Below, in pieces: positions 12,328-27,308 of a stretch of DNA of 64,000 nt (position 1 is the stretch's first letter; every line of letters begins with the position of its first letter). Source of the DNA: Eledone cirrhosa (taxonomy: Eukaryota); the NCBI GenBank assembly GCA_964016885.1, contig OZ024740.1:234670001-234734000 (forward strand). The letters are read 5' to 3'. Position numbers and translations under genes: made by a program. Below the pieces are notes generated by a model. The model worked only from the letters and a program-made list of their open reading frames with translations, had not been told where the DNA came from and ran no database searches.

Positions 12328-12572
12328 TATATCCTTCTGCCAGATGGTTGAATGTTCGAAAGTATATACTTTCCTTATGAAAATTAACGGCTGAGCAGCC
12401 CAATTTGCATATCGAGTGAGTTCGGCCAGGCGTACCGAGAACGATAAGTTGTAATAAAATGAAAACGAAATTTCATATCTCACTCTTAGTACGGCACTGA
12501 CTTAAATGCAAGTATGTATGTATACGTACATACATATATGTATACAGACGTACAGTAGCATGCATATATATA

Positions 12573-12618
<46 letters not shown>

Positions 12619-12716
12619 CACATACAGGTACACATACATATATGTACGTATCAGTGCCGTACTAAGAGTGAGAAATGAAATTTCGTTTTCATTTTATCAC
12701 AACTTATATATATATG

Positions 12717-12898
<182 letters not shown>

Positions 12899-13083
12899 GA
12901 TAAATCTACCAAGAGTTTACGGTAGTGTCCAATCCGTATGAAGAACTCAATGTATTCCGGATATCATGGAAAGAAGAGATGTAATGAAAAATCACTTTCG
13001 GTGAAAGATAAACGGTATACAGAGTCAAGATAAAATATTAAACAAATAATGAATAAACAATTCCTTATATTAAACAAAAAAAG

Positions 13084-13237
13084 TTCATTATTTAACGATC
13101 GTTTCTAGGATATATATGTGTTAGAGTTGGCATGCATATTCAACAGATCTATGTACAAAATTATACAAAATTATACAAACTATCAAGATTAAATATACAT
13201 ACCAACACATATATACGCCGTCTTCAGAAATAATGAA
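13084..13237 (-). ncRNA. Hammerhead ribozyme with extended stem/loop II (left arm)
   Basis: Reverse complement of 21226-21379. Confidence 0.7.
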
Positions 13238-13902
13238 ATATATTTATTGATAATAACAACAATTCAAACTTTCAGGTCCGTTTGGGAACAAAATTGACCA
13301 ATGAAAATACAAAGGGTTTAATGCAGTTCGGTGTGTGTATATACATGTAACAAACCTTACACATATTTTACAAAAATGTATGCAGAACCTGTATACGCAT
13401 ACAAAAAGGATGGATGCAAATACAAAATTTCAAGGTTGATGTCTCTGTAAGTTTATAATGCACAGATAAGATGCGTATAGATACATAAATATGAAATAAG
13501 TGTATACACATATTTTCATACTAACACATATCAGTACAATCACACATACACGCGCGTATATGCATAGACATACACATAAACTACGAACATACAAACACAC
13601 ACACACCCCCACTCACATATATATATGTGGATATAAAATCCTAAGCACATGGATATTAATTCACTCACATAAACACTGGCACACACATTTAGATAAAGAT
13701 ACAGAAATTAGGTGGGAGGGGGGGGAGAGGTCAGTATTCAACGGTTTGGGCTGACTGCTTAATATAGATGTATCTATAAGCTAAGAAAATAAAAAAATAA
13801 AAAATAATAAATAATAAATAAACATTAAAAAGGAAAGAAAAGAAAAAGAAAAAAGAAAAAAGAAAAAAGAGAAAAGAAAAAAGAAATATATCAAGAAAAT
13901 AT

Positions 13903-13936
<34 letters not shown>

Positions 13937-13940
13937 ACAC

Positions 13941-13983
<43 letters not shown>

Positions 13984-14145
13984 CACACACACACACACAT
14001 ATATATACATACACATATACAAACACATACATACATATACACACATCCACACTTAGAACATACATACACACACATATATAAACATATACATATACACACA
14101 TACATACATATACACACATACATATAAATACACATATATATACAC

Positions 14146-14204
<59 letters not shown>

Positions 14205-14491
14205 CACTCATACATACACATATAATCACACATACTATATAGACACACATATATATACACACATACACACACATATACATACACTTACATACATATATAC
14301 ATACAGATATACACATACATACCTATATATACACACAAATACATACAGACATATATACAAACATACAGACAAATACTTACGCATCTATATATCGGTATAT
14401 ACATACAAACACCACTACACTCTCACACAACTCAGACATACAAAGAAAAAGGTATATACACATACACATATACATATACAAATAGAGAAAC

Positions 14492-14523
<32 letters not shown>

Positions 14524-14527
14524 ATAT

Positions 14528-14578
<51 letters not shown>

Positions 14579-14789
14579 CACACATACACATATACACATA
14601 CATACACATACATACATGTACACACACATAGATATACATATACACACACATACACACATACACATACATATATAGTCATACACACACATACACCTACACG
14701 AACATACACATACACATATACAAAGATATATATACACACAACACACACACACATACACACACACACATATATATAAAAAAATAAAATAA

Positions 14790-14834
<45 letters not shown>

Positions 14835-15165
14835 CATACACATACATACACACATACATAGACATATATGTACATACATACATATACATAGATACATACA
14901 CACACATACATACATATATATATACACACATAGACATATACATACATACACACACAACATACATACACACATATATACTCATACATAGAATTAGATATAT
15001 AATCATACATACATACGCACTTACATATACTCATATATACACATACAAACGCATCCATATATGCGTATATACATAGAAACACCACTACACCCTCACCCAA
15101 CTCAGACATACAAAGAAAAAGGCATATACATATACATATATACACGCATTAATAGAGATATATAT

Positions 15166-15213
<48 letters not shown>

Positions 15214-15262
15214 ACTTATATACATATACCCACACACACATACAACCATAAATACACATATT

Positions 15263-17329
15263 GAACATTATAATGAGTTCATATATAAAGAACTCAGAAA
15301 AAATTATAAAAAATCTAATAATGCGTCACTCACCAACATCAACAACAAAACACACAACATAGTAAAAAAACTAAACATTGAAGATAGAACTGAACCTTTG
15401 GCATTGAAAAGACCACACTTCAACCTGAAGGATCATAAATCAAATTTTAACTCAAATCCTTCTATTAGACTTATATGTCCCTCCAAATCAGATATTGGAA
15501 TAATTAGCAAAAAAATTTTGGATAGAGTCATCCCACAAATAAGAAAACACGTTATTTTACCACTCTGGGAAAACACCTCCCAGGTAATTAACTGGTTTAA
15601 AAATATTAGATGTAAATCTTCTGCTTCATTTCTACAATTTGATATAGATAATTACTATTCTTCTATATCACCTATACTCCTGAACAAAGCATTGATATTT
15701 GCTAAAAATAGATCTAACTTAACTTTGGATGACATTAATATTATTACACATGCTAGACTAACACTTATTGAATTTCAGAATGAATACTGGACCAGAAACA
15801 CATATAGTAATCTTTTTGATATTACTATGGGTTCAAGCGATTCCGCCCAAATTACTGATCTTGTGGGCCTCTTTCTCCTTTTCAACATAAATGCCTCCTT
15901 TCCCCACCTCAAAGGTGGTTTATATCGTGATGACTGTCTTCTTCTTTCTGACAACCTTAGCCTTTCAGAAATTGAAAAAAACAAAAAACATATTAGAACT
16001 TTCCTTAAAGACTATTATAATCTTAATATTACTTTTGAAAAAACAAGTAAAGTAGTAAATTTCCTAGATATAACTTTAGATTTAGCTACGGGTATCTACC
16101 AACCTTACCATAAACCAAACCAAAACTTACATTACATACACTCACAATCTAATCACCCTAAATCTATCCTTAAAAACCTTGCATATAATATATCACTTAG
16201 AATTTCTAACCTTTCTTCTAACCAAGATGTATTTGATAAAAATGCGACCTTCTATAACGAAGCTCTAGATAGAAGTGGCCACAAAAATAGATTAGAATAT
16301 ATACCTTCTACTAAAAATACTGAAAGCATACAACCTAATATTACCAACAAACACCAAATGAAAAGTACACACCTAAATGCCACCCACACTATACCCCAAA
16401 ATACCAAATCTTCTAATATAAAGTATAGTAACTCTCAAAAAACTACTTATCATACAACTCTAATAAATATTAATAATAAAACTCCTAATAAAAAGGATAA
16501 AACACCTAAATCTACAAATATAACTAAAAATGGTTGTGGTGAGATCATTAACATTAATCCTCCTAGTAAAAATCACGATACAACCTATAAAAATAATAAA
16601 AACAATAAACAACATACAAACCGTAATAGACGGGTTACATGGTATAATGCTCCATTTAATTTACAAATTAAGGATAATATTGCTAAAAAATTTTTTTATA
16701 TCCTAGAGAAAAACTTCCCGCCAAACCACAAATACCATCAAATCTTAAATAGGTCTACAGTTAAATTCTCATACTCTACAACAAATAACATAAAACAAAA
16801 TATAAGTGCCTATAATGCATATAAATGTAAGAAAACCATAAGTATACCACCAGTACATCAAATTAACCATAATATCTCCTCAAATACAGAATTAACGAAA
16901 GGTTGTAACTGTAGAAACAAAGCAAACTGCCCATTAAAAGGGAATTGTCTTGTTAACAACATAGTCTATAAATGTAATGTTAAAACTAAAGATTCTATTT
17001 GCTCATATATAGGAGCTACCTCTAACAATTTTAAGACAAGGTTTAATACCCACAAGCATAGTTTTAAAAATGCCGCACTGGCTAATACAACATCTCTAGC
17101 AGAAAAAATCAATAGTTATAAAAATAAGAATATAGAATATGATTTGACCTGGAGTGTGCTCAAAAGAGCCACCCCTTATCAAAATAATAGAAATGAATGT
17201 AGATTATGTTCCCAAGAACTATTTGAAATAATGAAATCTAAGGATATCCTATTAAATAAACGACAGGAATTAATTATATCGTGTAATCATAAACTAAAAA
17301 AAACATTTAAATATTATAAACCTAATTAA
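15263..17329 (+). CDS. PLE reverse transcriptase plus C-terminal GIY-YIG endonuclease, uninterrupted but 5'-truncated
   Basis: Open frame from 15263 with no native start. LKDHKSNF..RLICPSKS, FDIDNYYSSI, MGSSDSA, LYRDD, FLDITL, CNCRNKANCPLKGNC, IVYKC...YIGAT...KTRFNTH. Confidence 0.9.
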   Translation, partial: EHYNEFIYKELRKNYKKSNNASLTNINNKTHNIVKKLNIEDRTEPLALKRPHFNLKDHKSNFNSNPSIRLICPSKSDIGIISKKILDRVIPQIRKHVILPLWENTSQVINWFKNIRCKSSASFLQFDIDNYYSSISPILLNKALIFAKNRSNLTLDDINIITHARLTLIEFQNEYWTRNTYSNLFDITMGSSDSAQITDLVGLFLLFNINASFPHLKGGLYRDDCLLLSDNLSLSEIEKNKKHIRTFLKDYYNLNITFEKTSKVVNFLDITLDLATGIYQPYHKPNQNLHYIHSQSNHPKSILKNLAYNISLRISNLSSNQDVFDKNATFYNEALDRSGHKNRLEYIPSTKNTESIQPNITNKHQMKSTHLNATHTIPQNTKSSNIKYSNSQKTTYHTTLININNKTPNKKDKTPKSTNITKNGCGEIININPPSKNHDTTYKNNKNNKQHTNRNRRVTWYNAPFNLQIKDNIAKKFFYILEKNFPPNHKYHQILNRSTVKFSYSTTNNIKQNISAYNAYKCKKTISIPPVHQINHNISSNTELTKGCNCRNKANCPLKGNCLVNNIVYKCNVKTKDSICSYIGATSNNFKTRFNTHKHSFKNAALANTTSLAEKINSYKNKNIEYDLTWSVLKRATPYQNNRNECRLCSQELFEIMKSKDILLNKRQELIISCNHKLKKTFKYYKPN

Positions 17330-18650
17330 TAACATTATTTTAGAAATTTATTTAATTTAAATGTTAGTTAACCTATAAATTTAATTTAATTAAAATTCTA
17401 TTACAGATGAGAATATAAAATATTATGTAATCATAAATTGTGAAAAACCTTTAAATATTACTAATATATACTTAGTAATTTAATTTATAGATTAATTTTA
17501 ATTTATTTAAACCTTTTATTATAATTCTTTTACAGATAAAATATAACAAAATATCGTGTATCCAATGACAGAGAAATAATTTTTAGTATTATAGACCTAA
17601 TTAATATACATTTTAGAAATATATTTATAATTTGGTTTTAATTTTAATCAACCTAAAAATTTAATTTAATTGGCTTAAAATTAATATCCTTATACAGACG
17701 AATTGCAGAATGTCATCTAATCATAGAATGGGATGTGTTTTGGATTTATACCTAGTTAATATATTCTTTGCAATTTTTGAAAAAATATGTATATGTATAT
17801 GTGTATGTGTATGTGTGTGCGTATGTATATGTGTATATATGTATATATATATGTATATATATGTATATATATATGTGTATGTATATGTATATGTATATGT
17901 ATTAATTTTGATTTCTATTTGCATATAATTATATTCTGCTATTGATAAAATACAATATCTGTTTTATTTATTATATACCTAATTAACATATACTATAGAA
18001 ATAAATATATAATTTTTAATTTAATTAACCCACATTTTATATTCTACTACCGATGTAATACTTTATTTGTTTTTTCCCTATTACTAAATTCATTTCCTAA
18101 TATTGATACCATAAAGTTATTAACTTTAATTTAGTTATACTATAATTAATACTCTACTACTATTTAACTTCAAAATTCTGCTTCAAATATTATAAACCTA
18201 ACTAATTTACACCTTAGAAATCAATATGTTAACTATCTTTAGTTTAGTTAACATATAATTAATGGTATACTTATTTATTTTGAAATGCATAAATTTTGCC
18301 TTATTTCTTGTTTATTGTATTTCCTAACACTGATACTATGTAAAAACATACATTGGATATAGATACGGATAATATTCTATGTTTCTTGAAACATATATTT
18401 ACTATATTCCCCTTCTCTAACCCCCCCCCCTTTCCCCCATACTATTATCATCTGTGTTTGTAAGCGTGTATGTATGAATATATATATAGGTAGGTGTGTA
18501 TATATATTTGGGTATTTATATCTGAATATAAAAATACATATATGCGCATGCAAATAAGAATGTATGATTGCGTGTGTATATATATATGTGTGTATGTATG
18601 TGTATATGTGTATATATGCATGTGTATATATGTGTGTATGTGTATGTCTG

Positions 18651-18707
<57 letters not shown>

Positions 18708-19269
18708 GTGTGTGTATGTATGTATGTATATGTGTGTGTGTATATATATGTATGTCTCTCTATTTATACGTCTATCTTCGTATCTATGTGGATATATGTG
18801 TGTGTGTGCATGTATACACATATATGTGTTTATGTGTATATGTGTGTATGTATATATATATGTGTGTGTGCACACACATATATATATATATATGTGAATG
18901 TGTATATGTGTGTGTGTGTATATGTATGTGTATGTATATATGTATATATATCTATGTGTGTATATATGTCTATATTCGTATGTGTGTATATATATATATA
19001 TATATATGTATATGTGTATATATATATATATATGTATGTGTATATATATATATATTATTTATTATTATAATATAACTTATGTGTATGTGTATATGTGAGG
19101 GTGTGTATATGTATATATATGTGTATATATATGTGTAAAAAAATATATATATGTGCATGTCTGTTTTTTATGTGTGTGTATATATATATATATGTGTATA
19201 TATATATATATGTGGGTGTTTGTATGTGTATTTATGGTTGTATGTGTGTGTGGGTATATGTATATAAGT

Positions 19270-19303
<34 letters not shown>

Positions 19304-19638
19304 GTGTATATATATCTCTATTAATGCGTGTATATATGTATATGTATATGCCTTTTTCTTTGTATGTCTGAGTTGGGTGAGGGTGTAGTGGTGTTTCTAT
19401 GTATATACGCATATATGGATGCGTTTGTATGTGTATATATGAGTATATGTAAGTGCGTATGTATGTATGATTATATATCTAATTCTATGTATGAGTATAT
19501 ATGTGTGTATGTATGTTGTGTGTGTATGTATGTATATGTCTATGTGTGTATATATATATGTATGTATGTGTGTGTATGTATCTATGTATATGTATGTATG
19601 TACATATATGTCTATGTATGTGTGTATGTATGTGTATG

Positions 19639-19693
<55 letters not shown>

Positions 19694-19904
19694 TTATTTT
19701 ATTTTTTTATATGTATGTGTGTGTGTGTATGTGTGTGTGTGTTTTGTGTATATATATCTTTGTATATGTGTATGTGTATGTTCGTGTAGGTGTATGTGTG
19801 TGTATGACTATATATGTATGTGTATGTGTGTATGTGTGTGTATATGTATATCTATGTGTGTGTACATGTATGTATGTGTATGTATGTGTATATGTGTATG
19901 TGTG

Positions 19905-19953
<49 letters not shown>

Positions 19954-20274
19954 ATATATATGTGTATATATATATATATATGTATATGTTTCTCTATTTG
20001 TATATGTATATGTGTATGTGTATATACCTTTTTCTTTGTATGTCTGAGTTGTGTGAGAGTGTAGTGGTGTTTGTATGTATATACCGATATATAGATGCGT
20101 AAGTATTTGTCTGTATGTTTGTATATATGTCTGTATGTATTTGTGTGTATATATAGGTATGTATGTGTATATCTGTATGTATATATGTATGTAAGTGTAT
20201 GTATATGTGTGTGTATGTGTGTATATATATGTGTGTCTATATAGTATGTGTGATTATATGTGTATGTATGAGTG

Positions 20275-20323
<49 letters not shown>

Positions 20324-20481
20324 GTGTATTTATATGTATGTGTGTATATGTATGTATGTGTGTATATGTATATGTTTATATATGTGTGTGTATGTATGTT
20401 CTAAGTGTGGATGTGTGTATATGTATGTATGTGTTTGTATATGTGTATGTATATATATATGTGTGTGTGTGTGTGTATGTG

Positions 20482-20516
<35 letters not shown>

Positions 20517-20520
20517 GTGT

Positions 20521-20554
<34 letters not shown>

Positions 20555-21225
20555 ATATTTTCTTGATATATTTCTTTTTTCTTTTCTCTTTTTTCTTTTT
20601 TCTTTTTTCTTTTTCTTTTCTTTCCTTTTTAATGTTTATTTATTATTTATTATTTTTTATTTTTTTATTTTCTTAGCTTATAGATACATCTATATTAAGC
20701 AGTCAGCCCAAACCGTTGAATACTGACCTCTCCCCCCCCCCCCCCTCCCACCTAATTCCTGTATCTTTATCTAAATGTGTGTGCCAGTGTTTATGTGAGT
20801 GAATTAATATCCATGTGCTTAGGATTTTATATCCACATATATATATGTGAGTGGGGGTGTGTGTGTGTTTGTATGTTCGTAGTTTATGTGTATGTCTATG
20901 CATATACGCGCGTGTATGTGTGATTGTACTGATATGTGTTAGTATGAAAATATGTGTATACACTTATTTCATATTTATGTATCTATACGCATCTTATCTG
21001 TGCATTATAAACTTACAGAGACATTAACCTTGAAATTTTGTATTTGCATCCATCCTTTTTGTATGCGTATACAGGTTCTGCATACATTTTTGTAAAATAT
21101 GTGTAAGGTTTGTTACATGTATATACACACACCGAACTGCATTAAACCCTTTGTACTTTCATTGGTCAATTTTGTTCCCAAACGGACCTGAAAGTTTGAA
21201 TTGTTGTTATTATCAATAAATATAT

Positions 21226-21379
21226 TTCATTATTTCTGAAGACGGCGTATATATGTGTTGGTATGTATATTTAATCTTGATAGTTTGTATAATTTTGTAT
21301 AATTTTGTACATAGATCTGTTGAATATGCATGCCAACTCTAACACATATATATCCTAGAAACGATCGTTAAATAATGAA
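21226..21379 (+). ncRNA. Hammerhead ribozyme with extended stem/loop II
   Basis: 10-bp stem I ttcattattt/aaataatgaa, CTGAAGA, stem II tatatatgtgtt/aacacatatata, GAAAC GATC GTT. Confidence 0.75.
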
Positions 21380-21424
21380 CTTTTTTTGTTTAATATAAGG
21401 AATTGTTTATTCATTATTTGTTTA

Positions 21425-21537
<113 letters not shown>

Positions 21538-21670
21538 CCCATTTTGGGGACAGTGTGAGATTTTCTTTCGAACTACTGGACTTACAACATAACAGCTCCT
21601 TCTAGCACTGATGGTGATTATCGCTAAATATTGATGTTGATTTAGTTATTAATATTAATATTATTGGGCA

Positions 21671-21793
21671 CCCACTGAAGATTTGTAAGAGCCCACTTGC
21701 ATAGGAATCCATTGATCTTACACAAGTTCCTACATAACTTGCTATAATTACACCCACCATGTAGAAATCTTACAATGAAACGATTCGTTTGGG
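21671..21793 (+). ncRNA. Hammerhead ribozyme with large loop II in TA-flanked pLTR-like fragment (about 21535-21970)
   Basis: ccca CTGAAGA t ttgtaaga...tcttacaa t GAAAC gattc GTT tggg. Confidence 0.75.
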
Positions 21794-21986
21794 AAATAAG
21801 ATCTTTAATATATCTCATATAAAATAATACAGCCAATTATCCACACAATACAATATAGTTAGCACTCCAAACGTTTAATTTGGAATATACTCCGGTACTT
21901 CCTAATGTTTGTTGAGTGAGTTGGAAATTGGTCGGAGTATCGCTAATAGCTTTCTCCGTTTATGTAGTTATGTATATACATATATA

Positions 21987-22082
<96 letters not shown>

Positions 22083-22232
22083 GTGAGGTTTCTCACAGAT
22101 GTGAGAAAAACCACAAACCCTCCATCTCAACTCTACTTTTGAAAAGCAAAAGAACTGCGAAACCGGTAAAGGAACCAAATAAATATATATATTTTTTTTT
22201 TAAATAAGACTCCAGTTGCATTTTCGATTTCA

Positions 22233-22303
<71 letters not shown>

Positions 22304-22508
22304 ATATTTGGGGAGGGTCATATTTGCGTAATATTGCCAGAATTAATAACAGAACACACTCACTGTTTGGTTGGTTTTCGCTTCTCGCTGTCTTTTATAT
22401 CTGCGATCTAACTTACTCGGTCCTCAATGTTGCCATTGACTGACCGGCGGTCAAAAATGATACAGATACAATATAGACACAAACCCATATATATAGTTTA
22501 CATAATTT

Positions 22509-22548
22509 ACATAAATCCTTCGTTGCACATCTGCAACATCGTCAGTGT
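22509..22548 (-). ncRNA. Hammerhead motif (GAAA>GAAG variant) in pLTR
   Basis: aca CTGACGA t gttgca-gatg-tgcaac GAAG gat TTA tgt. Confidence 0.6.
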
Positions 22549-22825
22549 TGTTATATTCATTGTTCCTCCTGTTGTGTTGTATGTCTACGCCATTTTTTAT
22601 TCAGTCTGTCTATATATTTATTTATTTATTTGCTTGTTTGTTTATCTTATTTTATTTTGTCTTCTTTGCGCATGCGTTTGCGTGTGTGTATAGTGTTATG
22701 TGTGATGTGTGACTAGTGTGTATAGTGTTGTGTCTGCTGGGTGACTAGTGTGTGTTTATGTGCTTGTTGTTATTGTGCTTGTGTATGTATTTATTTATCT
22801 TATTTTATTTTATTTTATTTACTTA

Positions 22826-25800
22826 TTTATACTTCTCTTAGGTCAGTGTTGTTTGTTTGGGTGTTGTTGTTGTTCCACTCATTCTTTCTGTTTAGCTTTG
22901 GTCTTCTAATTTCTATTTCACTGGCCTCTCTGATTTGCCTATCTTTGGTCATTCTTATGTTTAGATATTATTCTAATTTCTATGTTGTCTATGTTACCGT
23001 CATGTTGTTGTCTAGCATGTTCGTATAGTACTGATCCGTTTTTTCGTCCTTTTAGTTCCCCCCAGTGTTGGTCTATCCTTTCACCTATGCTACGAGCTGT
23101 CTCACCTTGTCATGTTTCTGCAAGTACCCTCTGTACATCTTATGCTATAGACTACGTTTCTAGTTTTACAGTTTATCCGGGGGTTCACCTTACATATGAT
23201 ACATTTCCTATTGGTACAGTGGGTTTTCTTAAAAGGGTAGGTTTTGCTGATCAGGGATTTTATGGTGGTTCCTGGCTTTTCTACCACCTTTATTTTTAAG
23301 TGGGTCTTTCTCAGGGCCTTTCTACACTGGTTAGCTAATTTCCCTCCAGGGGTGGCGTCCAGAAACATGACACTCTGATATCTCTGGTTGTCGTACCATG
23401 ATGTGGCCTTCCCTATCTTATGTCTAGCCCTATCTAAGCTATTCCATGATTTGCTCCTGTATAGTGGGCAAATTCCTTTCATGTCCAGTTCTATGAGGGT
23501 CTTATACTTTTCCGTGGCTCCTTCGTATACTCTGACTCTGTCTCTTTGGTTGTAGCCAGAGAACTGCATGCGGTTGATGATGTGTTGGATGTGTCTTTCC
23601 ATTTCTGTTGGGTCGCACATGCTGGACACATTCTTCATCACTCGTACCAAATCTGCGATCAGAATATTAAACTTAGCACTACTGGACATTGCTGAGTTTT
23701 TGAGTATCAGGTATTTGGAGGCCATGGGTTTAGCGTAGTGTGAGTGGAGAATTTGGGCTATCTCGTCTATAGTGTTAATCCAGAGTTCTGTGTCTAATAC
23801 AGGTAGTCTATTGTTAGGGTGTTTGGAAGGGAAGTCGATAGTTACAGTTATACTCTGGTGTATGGAATTAGCTATCTGCTGGATGCTTTCCATCGTGCTA
23901 CGTTCTAAATCAAACTTGTTAGTGCTCTCTAGTGGAGGTGTTCTTATAACTATATTGATATCGTCTACATAACGAGAGTACATGATGAGGTCTATGGAGC
24001 TTTCATTAAGGAGATCTTTAAGTCTCTTTTCCCACCATACCATGAAAAGGTTGGCAACATCACCAGCTATGCTGACGCCGATGGCTGCTCCCTCATTTTG
24101 GGTGTAGATTTTCTCATTGAACTTAAATATGTGGCCCTTTAGGGTAGTTTTGATACTAGCCCCTATTGCATGTGCGACCATTTTTCTTACCTGATCAGTG
24201 TTTTGGGGGGTCCGTATAGCTTTGGTCCACCCAATCCACCTTCCTATGGGAGTCTTTTTAGCCATTGAGGTTATGGTGGGGGGTCTACCTCTTATAGGTC
24301 TACTAGGGCAGAAACATCTAAGGTCATGGCTGTCTAGGTAGTCAGTGTCGTAGGTAAGTCTAAGTAGGAGGCCCAGTTCGTCTGTGTCGACGTCGCAGAA
24401 CTCCACCTCACTCTCAATGATCATCTCCACACATCTTTTCACAGCAAAATCAATGTTAATGGATGGGTACAGTGACACCACATCCATGCTGCCTATTATG
24501 CAGTTGGATAGGCTCCTGTTTTTGTTGCACTCACTGATTCTGCTGAGGAGGTCCTCTGTACTTTCACATACATCTGGGGACATCTTGATTATGGGGCGTA
24601 TAACCATTGAGAGGAAGTAGGAGATCCTGTAGTTGCTAGCTATATTAGCTCCGCATACGGGTCTTGTTGGTGGTCCTGTTGTCGGGTCGTCGACTGCCTT
24701 GTGGTCTTTGCGGAGCCCATACAAGGGTGGTATGCCATTGTTAGACGCCTGGAAGTTGTTGGCAGTGCGTCTGCTTGGCTTTAGGATGTCAGTCCACATC
24801 ATCATGTGAGCGTTGAGGATTTTTTCTCTCCCATCGTGTGTTAGTTGTGCAACTTCGCTCGTGTTGGTGATGTGGGGTTGCATTGCCTCGATGTAGTTCG
24901 GCATGCTATCTATTGACATCCTACCAGACTTATCTGTGGGTAGACACACTACCTCACCATCCCTTGTGCGCTGCTTGAGGCTAACCAAGCCTTCTACAGG
25001 TTTTCTCCCAAGTTGTTGGGCCTCTGGTCTGCTCTGTCTCATAGTATACCTGTTTACTACTTATCTAATCTTATTTCTAGCTATGGTGAACTGTGCCTCC
25101 GTCTCGTCATCTATTTGCTGTGGTATGCAAACTCTTTTATTAAAGGGTAACCTCGTAGGATAGATATTACCCATCTTATATGTTTTGTCAGCTGGGTTGA
25201 AAAATAGTTTCTCTAAGGGGTTGTCGTTATTTCTATCGTCATAGTTGTGTGTGTTGCTATTATTGTTATCATGGTGGTTGTTGTTTCTATCATTAGCATT
25301 ATTATTATTGTTATGCTTGCTAGATGTATTGTTGTTTACTTCACCGTTATTGTTGTTGTTGTTACTGTTATTTCTACCATTGTGGTTGTTACTATTATTA
25401 TGTTTCTTGTTTTTGTTGATGTTGCTACATGTACTATTTCCATTATTACCACTGTGGTTATTGTTGTTGTTGTTCGTATTGTTACCGTTATTACTACTGT
25501 GGTCACTGTTGCTGTGTCTGTGGTTAACGTTTCTATTATTATTATTATTGTGGTTGCTGTTGTTCCGTCTATCGCTAGTATTATTACCATTATCACTATT
25601 TCTCACTTTCCTGCCATTGTTATGGTTATGGCTGTTATTTCTATACCCAGAGTTATTGTTTATATTACTACTACCGTTATTATTGTTGTTGTTGTTTACC
25701 TTTGCATTCCAACGTATTTTTGTGAAACACTTTTCCAGCTCCGTTTTGCATTCCATAGGGTTAATCTTTTTGTAGATGGCAAATTTTGGTGGTAACCTCA

Positions 25801-25963
25801 GGATTTGTTGTTCTTGTTCACTGATTGAAGTGTTCCCATAGATATTTACTGTGTGGTCAGTGGTAAATTCTTCCGGTAGTTTTACATCAGTCATACGGAT
25901 ATTGTCGATGTTATCTGGGTATTTTTGAGAATATTCGATTTTCCTTTCTTGTAGTTTTTTCTT
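22826..25963 (-). pseudogene. PLE RT-GIY-YIG polyprotein with Asn-rich insert, disrupted
   Basis: In-frame TAA at 25061-25063. A deletion removes the IVYI of the YIG motif near 23105. GSMDVVSLYPS and YVDD are present. Confidence 0.9.
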
Positions 25964-26081
25964 ACCAACCAAACAGTGAGTGTGTTCTGTTATTAATTCT
26001 GGCAATATTACGCAAATATGACCCTCCCCAAATATAACAATATCTGTTTCGACACACGATTTCATATAAAAAACCTCGCTA

Positions 26082-26128
<47 letters not shown>

Positions 26129-26164
26129 CTAATTGCAAAGCGAACTTCTTAACTACACAGTCAT

Positions 26165-26755
26165 AATATGATGTGATGTTATGTATTGTGGAATGGTGTA
26201 GTGGCGTTATATAGTGTGGTGTGTTGTGGTTGGTGCGGTGTGTTATGTTGTGGTGCGGTGTAGTGTGGTGCGGCGTGGAGTAGTGTGGTGTAGTGTGGTG
26301 TAGGGTAGTGTGGTGTGGTGTAGCTTGGTGTGGTGTTTTGTGGAGTGGTGTGGTATTATGTGTCGTGATATAATGAGGAGTTGTATAGTGTAGTGCGATA
26401 TGGTGTAGTGTCGTGTAATGTCGTGTGGTATAGTGTGGCGTTGTGTGGTGTAGTGTAGTGTGGTGAGGTGTAGTGTGGTGTGGAGTAGTGTAGTGCGATA
26501 TGGTGTAGTGTCGTGTAATGCCGTGCGGTATAGTGTGGTGTTGTGCGTTGTACTGTAATGTGGTGTTGTGTGGTGTAGTACGGTATGGTGTAATGTAGTG
26601 TAATGTGGTATGGTGTGGTGTGATGTAGTGCGGTATGATGTAGTGCGGCGTAGTATAATGTAATGTGGTGTGGTATGGTATAGGGCGGTGTGGTGTAATA
26701 CGGTATGACGGTATGATGTAATGTGTGGTGTAGTATAACGTAATGTGGTGTGGGG
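26165..26755. repeat. Degenerate pentanucleotide (TGGTG/TAGTG) array
   Basis: Visible 5-bp periodicity; explains the HHTTP/HYTT ORF. Confidence 0.9.
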
Positions 26756-27120
26756 TTTTATCAGTCACGCTGCTTGACCACACGCTATCAATGTATAAAT
26801 GCCATAGTACAAGCGATATTTACTCGGAAGACATTTTTACAAAACACCTCTTTGTACAACTACTCAGTCAACACTGGCAAAATACCAACATAACACTATT
26901 CCTGTTTATCCTGCCAAGTTAATCAAAATTCTGAAATAGCAACTCTGTTTTGATATTGACTGCTTCCAGACTTGGAAGCAATGGAAAATCTATTGCTGAT
27001 CTTTTAGTCAGTACTAATTTGAAGGGTTTTTTCTTCTTTTTTTTATCAAAAACCAAGGAGTCTTTAGTCATAGCATTTTTTTTTAAATGATATCGTAGTG
27101 GCCACATTATTTTTAAAATA

Positions 27121-27308
27121 TGTGGATTGGCAGTCTCGGTAGAGGGTCGGACTCCATGCTTTGTAGCACAGTTACGTCCCTTTACGGACTGAGTTCAAAT
27201 CCCGCCGAGGTTAACTTTGCCTTTCATCTTTACGGGGTCGATAAAATAAAGTACCAGTAATACACTGGGATAATTGCTGGCCTTGTGCCAAAAAGTAGAA
27301 ACAATTAT
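27121..27308 (+). mobile_element. SINE family 1
   Basis: Consensus match; flanking near-duplication ttattttt(t/a)aaatatg. Confidence 0.85.

Larger units (their letters stand above)
22296..26086 (-). mobile_element. Penelope-like element (family A-related), 5'-truncated, short inverted pLTR piece
   Basis: 22296-22375 is inverted at about 25964-26043 with an extra tail to 26086. Protein is homologous to 7440-11134. Confidence 0.92.

Noticed and set aside
25964-26065. N-terminus MKSCVETD... of ORF 25061-26065
   Set aside because: It is antisense read-through of the inverted pLTR piece, not the true protein start.
26079-26783. 234-aa His/Thr-rich ORF
   Set aside because: Product of a pentanucleotide repeat.
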